Below are positions 1 through 9,959 of a stretch of 21,528 nucleotides of DNA, piece after piece. The notes under the pieces are model-generated. The model was given only the letters and a program-made list of their open reading frames with translations. It did no database searches and was not told where the DNA came from. Positions within the stretch are counted from its first letter, which is position 1. Every line of letters starts with the position of its first letter. The stretch is from a virus (Duplodnaviria > Heunggongvirae > Uroviricota > Caudoviricetes). Position numbers and translations under genes: made by a program. The stretch is taken from the IMG/VR virus record IMGVR_UViG_2526164668_000015. The stretch is one strand, 5' to 3'.

Positions 1-202
1 TACTGATAAGTTCCAGATCCTCCTGGCAACTTGCACAAGTCCGACAACCCTGAACGACCAGGCGTCTTCGTTCATCTATGGGATCGCCACACTCACAACA
101 ATGAGTGGCGGATATAGTCTGGTAGTTCAGACGACGCATTTTTATTGCTGTATTGCGCTGTAATTCTTCAATTTCTGATGCTGAATCAATGATGTCCGCC
201 AT
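1..202 (-). CDS. DksA/TraR-type C4 zinc-finger protein (lambda Orf73-like), 3' end beyond window start
   Basis: Minus-strand ORF starts with ATG at 200-202 (MADIIDSASEIEELQRNTAIKMRRLNYQTISATHCCECGDPIDERRRLVVQGCRTCASCQ...). It has the CxxC-x17-CxxC zinc finger typical of TraR/DksA and sits left of orf61/orf63 as in lambda. Confidence 0.55.
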   Translation of the reverse strand, partial: MADIIDSASEIEELQRNTAIKMRRLNYQTISATHCCECGDPIDERRRLVVQGCRTCASCQEDLELIS

Positions 203-429
203 CTTTCATTAATCCCTGAATTGTTGGTTAATACGCTTGAGGGTAAATGCGAATAATAAAAAAGGAGCCTGTAGCTCCCTGATGATTTTGCTTTTCATGT
301 TCACCGTTCCTTAAAAACGCCGTTTAACATGCCGATTGCCAGGCTTAAAATGAGTCGGTGTGAATCCCATCAGCGTTACCGTTTCGCGGTGCTTCTTCAG
401 TACGCTACGGCAAAATGTCATCGACGTTT

Positions 430-585
430 TTATTCCGGAAACTGCTGTCTGGCTTTTTTGATTTCAGAATTAGCCTGACGGGCAATGCTGCGAAGGGCGT
501 TTTCCTGCTGAGGTGTCACTGAACAAGCCCCATGTCGGCAAGCATAAGCACACAGAATATGAAGCCCGCTGCCAGAAAAATGCAT
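430..585 (-). CDS. small lambda b-region ORF (orf61-like, 51 aa here)
   Basis: Minus-strand ATG inside the palindrome atgcat, with an in-frame stop immediately upstream. Position matches lambda orf61. It is below the 60-aa cutoff of the ORF track. Confidence 0.3.
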   Translation of the reverse strand: MHFSGSGLHILCAYACRHGACSVTPQQENALRSIARQANSEIKKARQQFPE

Positions 586-595
586 TCAGTGGTTG

Positions 596-787
596 TCATA
601 CCTGGTCTCTTTCATCTGCTTCTGCTTTCGCCACCATCATTTCCAGCTTTTGTGAAAGGGATGTGGCTAACGTATGAAATTCTTCGTCTGTTTCTACTGG
701 TATTGGCACAAACCTGACTCCAATTTGAGCAAGGCTATGTGCCATCTCAATACTCGTTCTTAACTCAACAGGAGATGCTTTGTGCAT
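596..787 (-). CDS. lambda orf63 hypothetical protein
   Basis: 63-aa ORF ([26 protein letters not shown]...) in the conserved position left of orf60a and exo; recognised as lambda orf63. Confidence 0.8.
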   Translation of the reverse strand: MHKASPVELRTSIEMAHSLAQIGVRFVPIPVETDEEFHTLATSLSQKLEMMVAKAEADERDQV

Positions 788-948
788 ACCGCCTCCCGTT
801 TATTATTTATCTTCTCAGCCAGCCGCTGTGCTTTCAGTGGATTTCTGATAACAGAAAGGCCGGGAAATACCCAGCCTCGCTTTGTAACGGAGTAGACGAA
901 AGTGATCGCGCCTACCCGGATATTATCGTGAGGATGCGTCATCGCCAT
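760..948 (-). CDS. lambda orf60a hypothetical protein
   Basis: [34 protein letters not shown]... overlapping the exo start, as in lambda. Confidence 0.8.
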   Translation of the reverse strand: MAMTHPHDNIRVGAITFVYSVTKRGWVFPGLSVIRNPLKAQRLAEKINNKREAVCTKHLLLS

Positions 949-1619
949 TGCTCCCCAAATACAAAACCAATTTCAGCCAGTGCCTCGTCCATTTTTTCGA
1001 TGAACTCCGGCACCATCTCGTCAAAACTCGCCATGTACTTTTCATTCCGCTCAATCACGACATAATGCAGTCCTTCACGCTTCATACGCGGGTCATAGTT
1101 GGCAAAGTACCAGGCATCTTTTCGTGTCACCCACATGCTGTACTGCACCTGGGCCATGTAGGCCGATTTTATGGCCTCGAAACCACCGAGCCGGAATTTC
1201 ATGAAATCCCGGGAGGTAAACGGGCATTTCAGTTCAAGGCCGTTGCCGTCACTGCATAAACCATCCGGAGAGCAGGCGGTGCGCATACTTTCGTCGCGAT
1301 AGATGATCGGGGATTCAGTAACATTCACGCCGGAAGTAAACTCAAACAGGGCTCTGGCGTCGTTTTCGTACTGTTTTCCCCAGGCCAGCGCTTTAGCGTT
1401 AACTTCCGGAGCCACACCGGTGCAAACCTCAGCAAGCAGGGTGTGGAAGTAGGACATTTTCATGTCAGGCCACTTTTTTCCGGAGCGGGGTTTTGCTATT
1501 ACATTATGAACTTCTGACGCTGTGATGACACCGAGCCGTAATTTGTGCCACGCATCATCCCCCTGTTCGACAGCTCTCACGTCGATCCCGGTACGCTGCA
1601 GGATAATGTCCGGTGTCAT
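939..1619 (-). CDS. exo: lambda exonuclease (Red-alpha)
   Basis: 226-aa ORF recognised as lambda Exo ([52 protein letters not shown]...). Confidence 0.97.
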   Translation of the reverse strand: MTPDIILQRTGIDVRAVEQGDDAWHKLRLGVITASEVHNVIAKPRSGKKWPDMKMSYFHTLLAEVCTGVAPEVNAKALAWGKQYENDARALFEFTSGVNVTESPIIYRDESMRTACSPDGLCSDGNGLELKCPFTSRDFMKFRLGGFEAIKSAYMAQVQYSMWVTRKDAWYFANYDPRMKREGLHYVVIERNEKYMASFDEMVPEFIEKMDEALAEIGFVFGEQWR

Positions 1620-2403
1620 GCTGCCACCTTCTGCTCTGCGGCTTTCTGTTTCAGGAATCCAAGAGCTTTCACTGCTTCGGCCTGTGTCAGTTCTGACGAT
1701 GCGCGAATGTCGCGGCGAAATATCTGGGAACAGAGCGGCAATAAGTCGTCATCCCATGTTTTATCCAGGGCGATCAGCAGAGTGTTAATCTCCTGCATGG
1801 TTTCATCGTTTACCGGAGTGATGTCGCGTTCCGGCTGGCGTTTCTGCAGTGTATGCAGTATTTTTCGACAATGCGCTCGGCTTCATCCTTGTCATAGATA
1901 CCAGCAAATCCGAAGGCCAGACGGGCACACTGAATCATAGCTTTATGCCGTAACATCCGTTTAGGATGCGACTGCCACGGCCCCGTGATTTCTCTGCCTT
2001 CGCGGGTTTTGAATGGTTCGCGGCGGCATTCATCCATCCATTCGGTAACGCAGATCGGATGATTACGGTCCTTGCGGTAAATCCGGCATGTACAGGATTC
2101 ATTGTCCTGCTCAAAGTCCATGCCATCAAACTGCTGGTTTTCATTGATGATGCGGGACCAGCCATCAACGCCCACCACCGGAACGATGCCGTTCTGCTTA
2201 TCAGGGAAGGCGTAAATTTCTTTCGTCCACGGATTAAGGCCGTACTGGTTGGCGACGATCAACAATGCGATGAACTGCGCATCGCTGGCATCGCCTTTAA
2301 ATGCCGTCTGGCGAAGAGTGGTGATCAGTTCCTGTGGGTCGACAGAATCCATGCCGACACGTTCAGCCAGCTTCCCTGCCAGCGTTGCGAGTGCTGTACT
2401 CAT
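1616..2403 (-). pseudogene. bet: bet (Red-beta single-strand annealing protein), frameshifted
   Basis: The N-terminal 179 aa read as lambda Bet (MSTALATLAGKLAERVGMDSV...DEAERIVE), then the frame is lost. The Bet C-terminus ([23 protein letters not shown]...KAAEQKVAA) lies in another frame as ORF 1616..1798. Two extra A residues in short A-runs near 1840-1866 (gaaaaatact, gaaacgcc) give a net +2 shift. Confidence 0.9.
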
Positions 2404-2408
2404 CCGTT

Positions 2409-2825
2409 TTATACCTCTGAATCAATATCAACCTGATGGTGAGCAATGGTTTCAACCATGTACCGGATGTGTTCTGCCATGCGCTCCTGAAACTCAACAT
2501 CGTCATCAAACGCACGGGTAATGGCTTTTTTGCTGGCCCCGTGGCGTTGCAAATGACCGATGCATAGCGATTCAAACAGGTGCTGGGGCAGGCCTTTTTC
2601 CATGTCGTCTGCCAGTTCTGCCTCTTTCTCTTCACGGGCTATCTGCTGGTAGTGACGCGCCCAGCTCTGAGCCTCAAGACGATCCTGAATGTAATAAGCG
2701 TTCATGGCCGAACTCCTGAAATAGCTGTGAAAATATCGCCCGCGAAATGCCGGGCTGATTAGGAAAACAGGAAAGGGGGTTAGTGAATGCTTTTGCTTGA
2801 TCTCAGTTTCAGTATTAATATCCAT
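2409..2825 (-). CDS. gam: Gam, RecBCD inhibitor
   Basis: 138-aa ORF recognised as lambda Gam ([61 protein letters not shown]...). Confidence 0.97.
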   Translation of the reverse strand: MDINTETEIKQKHSLTPFPVFLISPAFRGRYFHSYFRSSAMNAYYIQDRLEAQSWARHYQQIAREEKEAELADDMEKGLPQHLFESLCIGHLQRHGASKKAITRAFDDDVEFQERMAEHIRYMVETIAHHQVDIDSEV

Positions 2826-2923
2826 TTTTTATAAGCGTCGACGGCCTCACGAAACATCTTTTCATCGCCAATAAAAGTGGCGATAGTGAATTTAGTCTGG
2901 ATAGCCATAATTGTTTGATCCAT
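2780..2923 (-). CDS. kil: Kil (host-killing, FtsZ inhibitor), 47 aa
   Basis: [47 protein letters not shown], with ATG at 2921-2923 and an upstream SD ggagtcc. The 89-aa track ORF is an upstream extension of this gene. Confidence 0.9.
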   Translation of the reverse strand: MDQTIMAIQTKFTIATFIGDEKMFREAVDAYKKWILILKLRSSKSIH

Positions 2924-3057
2924 TTTTTTGGACTCCTGGCTGATTAAGTATGTCGATAAGGCGTTTCCATCCGTCACGTAATTTACGGGTGATTCGTTCA
3001 AGTAAAGATTCGGAAGGGCAGCCAGCAACAGGCCACCCTGCAATGGCATATTGCATG
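2893..3057 (-). CDS. cIII: cIII (FtsH/HflB inhibitor), 54 aa
   Basis: Hand translation from ATG 3055-3057 gives [54 protein letters not shown], with the stop overlapping the kil start as in lambda. Below the ORF-track cutoff. Confidence 0.9.
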
Positions 3058-3128
3058 GTGTGCTCCTTATTTATACATAACGAAAAACGCCTCGAGTGAA
3101 GCGTAATTGGTATGCGGTAACGCCGCGC

Positions 3129-3497
3129 TCAGGCGGCCTTGATAGTCATATCATCTGAATCAAATATTCCTGATGTATCGATATCGGTAATTCTTATTCC
3201 TTCACTACCATCCATTGGAGGCCATCCTTCCTGACCATTTCCATCATTCCAGTCGAACTCACACACAACACCATATGCATTTAAGTCGCTTGAAATTGCT
3301 ATAAGCAGAGCATGTTGCGCCAGCATGATTAATACAGCATTTAATACAGAGCCGTGTTTATTGAGTCGGTATTCAGAGTCTGACCAGAAATTATTAATCT
3401 GGTGAAGTTTTTCCTCTGTCATTACGTCATGGTCGATTTCAATTTCTATTGATGCTTTCCAGTCGTAATCAATGATGTATTTTTTGATGTTTGACAT
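3129..3497 (-). CDS. ea10: Ea10 (lambda early protein, 122 aa)
   Basis: 122-aa ORF MSNIKKYIIDYDWKASIEIEIDHDVMTEEKLHQINNFWSDSEYR..., in the lambda position between cIII and the ral/sieB slot. Confidence 0.85.
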   Translation of the reverse strand: MSNIKKYIIDYDWKASIEIEIDHDVMTEEKLHQINNFWSDSEYRLNKHGSVLNAVLIMLAQHALLIAISSDLNAYGVVCEFDWNDGNGQEGWPPMDGSEGIRITDIDTSGIFDSDDMTIKAA

Positions 3498-3514
3498 CTG
3501 TTCATATCCTCACA

Positions 3515-3542
3515 GATAAAAAATCGCCCTCATCTTGGAGGG
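3515..3542 (-). terminator. putative intrinsic terminator (tL2-like) on the leftward transcript
   Basis: Minus-strand hairpin CCCTC-caagat-GAGGG followed by a U-run (plus strand ataaaaaatcgccctcatcttggaggg). Confidence 0.35.
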
Positions 3543-3685
3543 CAAAGAAGATTTCCAATAATCAGAACAAGTCGGCTCCTGTTTAGTTACGAGCGACATT
3601 GCTCCGTGTATTCACTCGTTGGAATGAATACACAGCGCTGTGTTTATTCTGTTGTTTGCGTGAAAATGAAATCCGCCTGAGCGGG

Positions 3686-4567
3686 TTATGACCACTTTTT
3701 GTTTGGGTTTCGTTGGTGAGCGTGGTTTACAGGATTATTTGATATACCCCATAACTCTGACTCGCTTATCTCTACACGAGAGAAAGACCTGCTTTCTTTC
3801 AGTTCTTTTATAAACCTAGAACCTAAGATGACATCTATTGTACCAGAAAGTTCTTGTAAAAGATCTATGTTTTTTCTGAGGAAGAAAATATCTTCTTTAT
3901 ATTTAATTTTTACATAGAATTTATTCTGTATTTTTAATATATCAAAGCATGGCAGATATCTATATCCCTCATATTTTCGCCACTGCTTAACAATTATAAC
4001 ATCTTTTTCATTTACTGCATTAATCAGCCCAAGACCAAGTACAGGTATGAATATTCTATTGTCTGCCGAAAGCGTACAATTATCACCACCAGGCAAATAT
4101 GTATAAATCATGTCGGAATTTTTATACGCATCAACGAATGCACGTAAGAAGCGTACATATTTTTGCCATCCGTTTATACCGAATTTACCATATAAGTATT
4201 CTTTATTTGTTAGAAGAAAACTATTTGTATCAGGATCCTTATCTACAGACCTGTCGATAAGATCTCCAACTACGTTTACAAAGTCAAAGACAGAGTTTAA
4301 TAAGAACAATTGTCTTTCAGTAGGGCGAATTTCAATTATGTAGCCAGGATGAAGACGATATTGCATCTGCTTACGAAGTATACCGAACGCTTGGGTCCGA
4401 GCATCTGAAAGCAACTTCTTGTCGCCATCGCCGTGAGCATTGTTTCTAATAAAACTGATATAATTTGCTAATTTTTCAGCCTCTTTTTTGTGTTTTTTTC
4501 GCTCTGATGCTGAGTCTATTGGTTTTGGTATGGACTTGTAATCAATCTTCTTCATTACGTACCTCAT
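3686..4567 (-). CDS. hypothetical 293-aa protein (289 aa if ATG 4555), AT-rich moron replacing ral/sieB; candidate exclusion or defence gene
   Basis: Continuous ORF in a segment of about 33 percent GC, flanked by lambda backbone of about 50 percent GC. Its start ATG (4565-4567) overlaps the N stop as ATGA; an alternative ATG at 4555 has a better SD (gaggt). No recognisable motif (no Walker A, no clear PD-ExK, no HEPN). It sits in the lambda slot that holds ral and sieB. Confidence 0.7.
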   Translation of the reverse strand: MRYVMKKIDYKSIPKPIDSASERKKHKKEAEKLANYISFIRNNAHGDGDKKLLSDARTQAFGILRKQMQYRLHPGYIIEIRPTERQLFLLNSVFDFVNVVGDLIDRSVDKDPDTNSFLLTNKEYLYGKFGINGWQKYVRFLRAFVDAYKNSDMIYTYLPGGDNCTLSADNRIFIPVLGLGLINAVNEKDVIIVKQWRKYEGYRYLPCFDILKIQNKFYVKIKYKEDIFFLRKNIDLLQELSGTIDVILGSRFIKELKESRSFSRVEISESELWGISNNPVNHAHQRNPNKKWS

Positions 4568-4887
4568 GCCAATGGAATGGATTCCCCTTTAACCTTTTGT
4601 CTTCCTTGACAAGTTATACCGAACTCACCTGGCTTGCTATACCAAACTCGATGATTCTTGCGCTCAATACGTTGCAGGTTGCTTTCAATCTGTTCGTGGT
4701 ATTCAGCCAGCACCGTAAGGTCTATCGGATTCAGTGCGCTTTCTACTCGTGATTTCGGTTTGCGATTCAGCGAGAGAATAGGGCGGTTAACTGGTTTAGC
4801 GCTTACCCCAACCAACAGGGGATTTGCTGCTTTCCATTGAGCCTGTTTCTCTGCGCGACGTTCGCGGCGGCGTGTTTGTGCATCCAT
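4564..4887 (-). CDS. N: N transcription antiterminator (107 aa)
   Basis: MDAQTRRRERRAEKQAQWKAANPLLVGVSAKPVNRPILSLNRKPKSRVESALNPIDLTVLAEYHEQIESNLQRIERKNHRVWYSKPGEFGITCQGRQKVKGESIPLA, with ATG at 4885-4887. The track ORF is extended upstream artificially. Confidence 0.95.
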   Translation of the reverse strand: MDAQTRRRERRAEKQAQWKAANPLLVGVSAKPVNRPILSLNRKPKSRVESALNPIDLTVLAEYHEQIESNLQRIERKNHRVWYSKPGEFGITCQGRQKVKGESIPLA

Positions 4888-5042
4888 CTGGATTCTCCTG
4901 TCAGTTAGCTTTGGTTGTGTGTGGGAGTCGTAGTCCTGAACGAAAACACCCCGCAATGGCACATTGGCAGCTAATCCGGATTCGCACTTCCGGCCAATGC
5001 TTCGTTTCGTATCACACACACCAAAGCCTTCTGCTTTGAATG

Positions 5043-5072
5043 CTGCCCTTCTTCAGGGCTTAATTTTTAAGA
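5043..5072 (-). promoter_or_regulatory. nutL: nutL (boxB 5043-5059, boxA about 5062-5072)
   Basis: Reverse complement reads CGCTCTTAAAAATTAAGCCCTGAAGAAGGGCA, the lambda nutL boxA plus the boxB hairpin, between pL and N. Confidence 0.8.
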
Positions 5073-5120
5073 GCCTCACCTTCAATGGTGGTCAGTGCGT
5101 CCTGCTGATGGCTTAAAATT

Positions 5121-5188
5121 ACAAGGAAGATTGTATGTTGTAAACAAGAAATATTGTAAAAAGGGGCGTGAAAAACAAACTCCATTGT
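5121..5188. promoter_or_regulatory. OL operators and pL of the phage-434 immunity type
   Basis: Three 14-bp ACAA-n6-TTGT sites: acaaggaagattgt (5121-5134), acaagaaatattgt (5144-5157), acaaactccattgt (5175-5188). The lambda-like sequence diverges exactly at the imm434 left boundary, after gtcctgctgatg. Confidence 0.85.
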
Positions 5189-5238
5189 TTTTAAACGGAA
5201 AATAGTTTGTTTTTTTGTTATCGAGATTGAGGTGGGGA

Positions 5239-6591
<1,353 letters not shown>

Positions 6592-6599
6592 GACATTCC

Positions 6600-6631
6600 C
6601 GCTCTTACACATCCCAGCCCTGAAAAAGGGC
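6600..6631 (+). promoter_or_regulatory. nutR: nutR (boxA cgctctta 6600-6607, boxB gccctgaaaaagggc 6617-6631), followed by the tR1 region
   Basis: Lambda-type boxA and boxB hairpin immediately downstream of cro. Confidence 0.8.
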
Positions 6632-6710
6632 ATCAAAATAAACCACACCTATGGTGTATGCATTTATTTGCATACATTCAATCAATTGTTATCTAAGGAA
6701 ATACTTACAT

Positions 6711-7004
6711 ATGGTTCGTGCAAACAAACGCAACGAGGCTCTACGAATCGAGAGTGCGTTGCTTAACAAAATCGCAATGCTTGGAACTGAGAAGACAGCG
6801 GAAGCTGTGGGAGTTGATAAGTCGCAGATCAGCAGGTGGAAGAGGGATTGGATTCCAAAGTTCTCAATGCTGCTTGCTGTTCTTGAATGGGGTGTCGTCG
6901 ACGACGACATGGCTCGATTGGCACGACAAGTTGCTTCGATTCTCACCAATAAAAAACGCCCGGCGGCAACCGAGCGTTCTGAACAAATCCAGATGGAATT
7001 CTGA
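6711..7004 (+). CDS. cII: CII transcriptional activator (97 aa)
   Basis: MVRANKRNEALRIESALLNKIAMLGTEKTAEAVGVDKSQISRWKRDWIPKFSMLLAVLEWGVVDDDMARLARQVASILTNKKRPAATERSEQIQMEF, with ATG at 6711. The track ORF starts 20 codons earlier. Confidence 0.95.
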   Translation: MVRANKRNEALRIESALLNKIAMLGTEKTAEAVGVDKSQISRWKRDWIPKFSMLLAVLEWGVVDDDMARLARQVASILTNKKRPAATERSEQIQMEF

Positions 7005-7026
7005 GGTTATTACTGGAACTATCAAC
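6949..7026 (-). ncRNA. oop: oop antisense RNA (about 77 nt) with its terminator
   Basis: The minus strand reads ...GUUGCCGCCGGGCGUUUUUUAUU (plus 6949-6975 aataaaaaacgcccggcggcaac) antisense to the cII 3' end, starting near the cII-O junction as in lambda. Confidence 0.55.
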
Positions 7027-7036
7027 AGGAGTCATT

Positions 7037-7936
7037 ATGACAAATACAGCAAAAATACTCAACTTCGGCAGAGGTAACTTTGCCGGACAGGAGCGTAATG
7101 TGGCAGATCTCGATGATGGTTACGCCAGACTATCAAATATGCTGCTTGAGGCTTATTCAGGCGCAGATCTGACCAAGCGACAGTTTAAAGTGCTGCTTGC
7201 CATTCTGCGTAAAACCTATGGGTGGAATAAACCAATGGACAGAATCACCGATTCTCAACTTAGCGAGATTACAAAGTTACCTGTCAAACGGTGCAATGAA
7301 GCCAAGTTAGAACTCGTCAGAATGAATATTATCAAGCAGCAAGGCGGCATGTTTGGACCAAATAAAAACATCTCAGAATGGTGTATCCCTCAAAACGAGG
7401 GAAAATCCCCTAAAACGAGGGATAAAACATCCCTCAAATTGGGGGATTGCTATCCCTCAAAACAGGGGAACACAAAAGACACTAATACAAAAGAAAATAG
7501 AAAAGATTATTCGTCAGAGAATTCTGGCGAATCCTCTGACCAGCCAGAAAACGACCTTTCTGTGGTGAAACCTGATGCTGCAATTCAGAGCGGCAGCAAA
7601 TGGGGGACAGCAGAAGACCTGACCGCCGCAGAGTGGATGTTTGACATGGTGAAGACTATCGCGCCATCAGCCAGAAAACCGAATTTTGCAGGGTGGGCTA
7701 ACGATATCCGCCTGATGCGTGAACGTGACGGACGTAACCACCGCGATATGTGTGTGCTGTTCCGCTGGGCCTGCCAGGACAACTTCTGGTCCGGTAATGT
7801 GCTGAGCCCGGCCAAACTCCGCGACAAGTGGACCCAGCTCGAAATCAACCGTAACAAGCAACAGGCAGTCGTGACAGCCAGCAAACCAAAACTCGACCTG
7901 ACAAACACAGACTGGATTTACGGGGTGGATTTATGA
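7037..7936 (+). CDS. O: O replication initiator (299 aa)
   Basis: Recognised as lambda O (MTNTAKILNFGRGNFAGQERNVADLDDGYARLSNMLLEAYSGADLTKRQFKVLLAILRKTYGW...). The origin iterons lie inside it. Confidence 0.97.
   Translation: MTNTAKILNFGRGNFAGQERNVADLDDGYARLSNMLLEAYSGADLTKRQFKVLLAILRKTYGWNKPMDRITDSQLSEITKLPVKRCNEAKLELVRMNIIKQQGGMFGPNKNISEWCIPQNEGKSPKTRDKTSLKLGDCYPSKQGNTKDTNTKENRKDYSSENSGESSDQPENDLSVVKPDAAIQSGSKWGTAEDLTAAEWMFDMVKTIAPSARKPNFAGWANDIRLMRERDGRNHRDMCVLFRWACQDNFWSGNVLSPAKLRDKWTQLEINRNKQQAVVTASKPKLDLTNTDWIYGVDL
7385..7510. repeat. ori-lambda: four roughly 19-bp iterons (7385-7469) plus the adjacent AT-rich unwinding region
   Basis: Direct repeats atccctcaaaacgaggga, aaatcccctaaaacgaggga, acatccctcaaattggggga, tgctatccctcaaaacagggga, then acactaatacaaaagaaaatagaaaag. 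These are origin iterons, not a CRISPR array. Confidence 0.85.
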
Positions 7937-8634
7937 AAAACATCGCCGCACAGATGGTTAACTTTGACCGTGAGCAGATGCGTCGGATCGCCAACAACAT
8001 GCCGGAACAGTACGACGAAAAGCCTCAGGTACAGCAGGTAGCGCAGATCATCAACGGTGTGTTCAGCCAGTTACTGGCAACTTTCCCGGCGAGCCTGGCT
8101 AACCGTGACCAGAACGAACTGAACGAAATCCGCCGCCAGTGGGTTCTGGCTTTCCGGGAAAACGGGATCACCACAATGGAACAGGTTAACGCAGGAATGC
8201 GCGTAGCCCGTCGGCAGAATCGACCATTTCTGCCATCACCCGGGCAGTTTGTTGCATGGTGCCGGGAAGAAGCATCCGTTATCGCCGGACTGCCAAACGT
8301 CAGCGAGCTGGTTGATATGGTTTACGAGTATTGCCGGAAGCGAGGCCTGTATCCGGATGCGGAGTCTTATCCGTGGAAATCAAACGCGCACTACTGGCTG
8401 GTTACCAACCTGTATCAGAACATGCGGGCCAATGCGCTTACTGATGCGGAATTACGGCGCAAGGCTGCCGATGAACTGTCCTGTATGACCGCACGAATTA
8501 ACCGTGGTGAGGCTATACCTGAACCAGTAAAACAACTTCCTGTCATGGGCGGTAGACCTCTAAATCGTGCACAGGCTCTGGCGAAGATCGCAGAAATCAA
8601 AGCTAAGTTTGGGCTGAAAGGAGCAAGTGTATGA
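7933..8634 (+). CDS. P: P replication protein (DnaB helicase loader, 233 aa)
   Basis: Recognised as lambda P (MKNIAAQMVNFDREQMRRIANNMPEQYDEKPQVQQVAQIINGVFSQLLATFP...). ATGA overlap with O. Confidence 0.97.
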   Translation: MKNIAAQMVNFDREQMRRIANNMPEQYDEKPQVQQVAQIINGVFSQLLATFPASLANRDQNELNEIRRQWVLAFRENGITTMEQVNAGMRVARRQNRPFLPSPGQFVAWCREEASVIAGLPNVSELVDMVYEYCRKRGLYPDAESYPWKSNAHYWLVTNLYQNMRANALTDAELRRKAADELSCMTARINRGEAIPEPVKQLPVMGGRPLNRAQALAKIAEIKAKFGLKGASV

Positions 8635-8921
8635 CGGGCAAAGAGGCAATTATTCATTACCTGGGGACGCATAATAGCTTCTGTGCGCCGGACGTTGCCG
8701 CGTTAACAGGCGCAACAGTAACCAGCATAAATCAGGCCGCGGCTAAAATGGCACGGGCAGGTCTTCTGGTTATCGAAGGTAAGGTCTGGCGAACGGTGTA
8801 TTACCGGTTCGCTACTAGGGAAGAACGGGAAGGAAAGATGAGCACGAACCTGATTTTTAAGGAGTGTCGCCAGAGTGCCGCGATGAAACGGGTATTGGCG
8901 GTATATGGAGTTAAAAGATGA
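8631..8921 (+). CDS. ren: Ren (96 aa)
   Basis: MTGKEAIIHYLGTHNSFCAPDVAALTGATVTSINQAAAKMARAGLLVIEGKVWRTVYYRFATREEREGKMSTNLIFKECRQSAAMKRVLAVYGVKR. Confidence 0.95.
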   Translation: MTGKEAIIHYLGTHNSFCAPDVAALTGATVTSINQAAAKMARAGLLVIEGKVWRTVYYRFATREEREGKMSTNLIFKECRQSAAMKRVLAVYGVKR

Positions 8922-8945
8922 CCATCTACATCACTGAGCTAATAA

Positions 8946-8977
8946 CAGGCCTGCTGGTAATCGCAGGCCTTTTTATT
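8946..8977 (+). terminator. tR2 intrinsic terminator
   Basis: Perfect 8-bp stem AGGCCTGC-tggtaatc-GCAGGCCT followed by TTTTATTT, between ren and ninB. Confidence 0.75.
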
Positions 8978-8994
8978 TGGGGGAGAGGGAAGTC

Positions 8995-9435
8995 ATGAAA
9001 AAACTAACCTTTGAAATTCGATCTCCAGCACATCAGCAAAACGCTATTCACGCAGTACAGCAAATCCTTCCAGACCCAACCAAACCAATCGTAGTAACCA
9101 TTCAGGAACGCAACCGCAGCTTAGACCAAAACAGGAAGCTATGGGCCTGCTTAGGTGACGTCTCTCGTCAGGTTGAATGGCATGGTCGCTGGCTGGATGC
9201 AGAAAGCTGGAAGTGTGTGTTTACCGCAGCATTAAAGCAGCAGGATGTTGTTCCTAACCTTGCCGGGAATGGCTTTGTGGTAATAGGCCAGCCAACCAGC
9301 AGGATGCGTGTAAGCGAATTTGCGGAGCTATTAGAGCTTATACAGGCATTCGGTACAGAGCGTGGCGTTAAGTGGTCAGACGAAGCGCGACTGGCTCTCG
9401 AATGGAAAGCGCGATGGGGAGATCGGGCTGCATGA
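8995..9435 (+). CDS. ninB: NinB (Orf recombination mediator, 146 aa)
   Basis: MKKLTFEIRSPAHQQNAIHAVQQILPDPTKPIVVTIQERNRSLDQNRKLWACLGDVSRQVEWHGRWLDAESWKCVFTAALKQQDVVPN..., with ATG at 8995 after the SD gggagaggga. Confidence 0.95.
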   Translation: MKKLTFEIRSPAHQQNAIHAVQQILPDPTKPIVVTIQERNRSLDQNRKLWACLGDVSRQVEWHGRWLDAESWKCVFTAALKQQDVVPNLAGNGFVVIGQPTSRMRVSEFAELLELIQAFGTERGVKWSDEARLALEWKARWGDRAA

Positions 9436-9959
9436 CTATCAAATCAAATACGCCAGCACACGACAAGGACTGCTGGCAAACGCCGCTTTGGCTTTTTGAT
9501 GCACTGGATATTGAGTTTGGATTCTGGCTGGATTCGGCAGCGAGCGACAAAAACGCTCTGTGCGCTCACTGGCTAACTGAGGCTGACGACGCGCTAAATT
9601 CTGAGTGGATAAGCCACGGTGCAATCTGGAATAACCCACCGTACAGCAATATCAGGCCGTGGGTGGAAAAAGCCGCTGAGCAGTGCATACAACAGCGACA
9701 GACGGTAGTGATGCTTGTGCCAGAGGATATGTCTGTCGGATGGTTCAGCAAGGCTCTGGAGAGTGTTGACGAAGTTCGTATTATCACTGATGGACGGATT
9801 AATTTTATCGAACCATCGACAGGGCTGGAGAAGAAGGGAAACAGCAAAGGCTCCATGCTGCTGATTTGGCGACCGTTCATTAGTCCTCGACGGATGTTTA
9901 CTATCGTATCCAAAGCGGCATTGATGGCGATCGGGCAGGGCGTCAGGAGGGCGACATGA
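9432..9959 (+). CDS. phage Dam-type DNA N6-adenine methyltransferase (about 175 aa), in place of lambda ninC/ninD
   Basis: ATG 9432 overlaps the ninB stop (ATGA). It carries the catalytic NPPY motif ([18 protein letters not shown]), and its size and position are typical of lambdoid nin-region Dam methylases. Confidence 0.85.
   Translation: MTIKSNTPAHDKDCWQTPLWLFDALDIEFGFWLDSAASDKNALCAHWLTEADDALNSEWISHGAIWNNPPYSNIRPWVEKAAEQCIQQRQTVVMLVPEDMSVGWFSKALESVDEVRIITDGRINFIEPSTGLEKKGNSKGSMLLIWRPFISPRRMFTIVSKAALMAIGQGVRRAT

Noticed and set aside
948-2436. Long plus-strand ORFs (948..1259, 1545..1940, 1966..2436, 2249..2521) opposite exo, bet and gam
   Set aside because: They lie antisense to well-identified lambda genes. 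They have no SD or start context and no similarity to anything I recognise. Such ORFs are typical of the complement of GC-balanced coding DNA.
2780-3049. 89-aa minus-strand track ORF spanning kil and part of cIII
   Set aside because: It is an upstream in-frame extension of kil. The real genes are kil (47 aa, from ATG 2923) and cIII (54 aa, in a different frame).
3498-3685. Palindromes between ea10 and the 293-aa gene (acacagcgctgtgt; gtgtattca...tgaatacac)
   Set aside because: The same sequence block occurs in lambda at this position, in the conserved leftward-operon spacer (tL2 region). It is backbone, not part of the insertion.
7385-7469. Tandem direct repeats that could be mistaken for a CRISPR array
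   Set aside because: These are the four ori-lambda iterons inside the O gene. There are no spacers and no cas genes.
8918-8998. 26-aa hydrophobic ORF (MTIYITELITGLLVIAGLFIWGRGKS) between ren and ninB with ATGA overlaps on both sides
   Set aside because: It coincides with the tR2 terminator hairpin. The hydrophobic reading is probably a by-product of the stem sequence. It cannot be excluded as a coupling micro-ORF, but there is no support for it.
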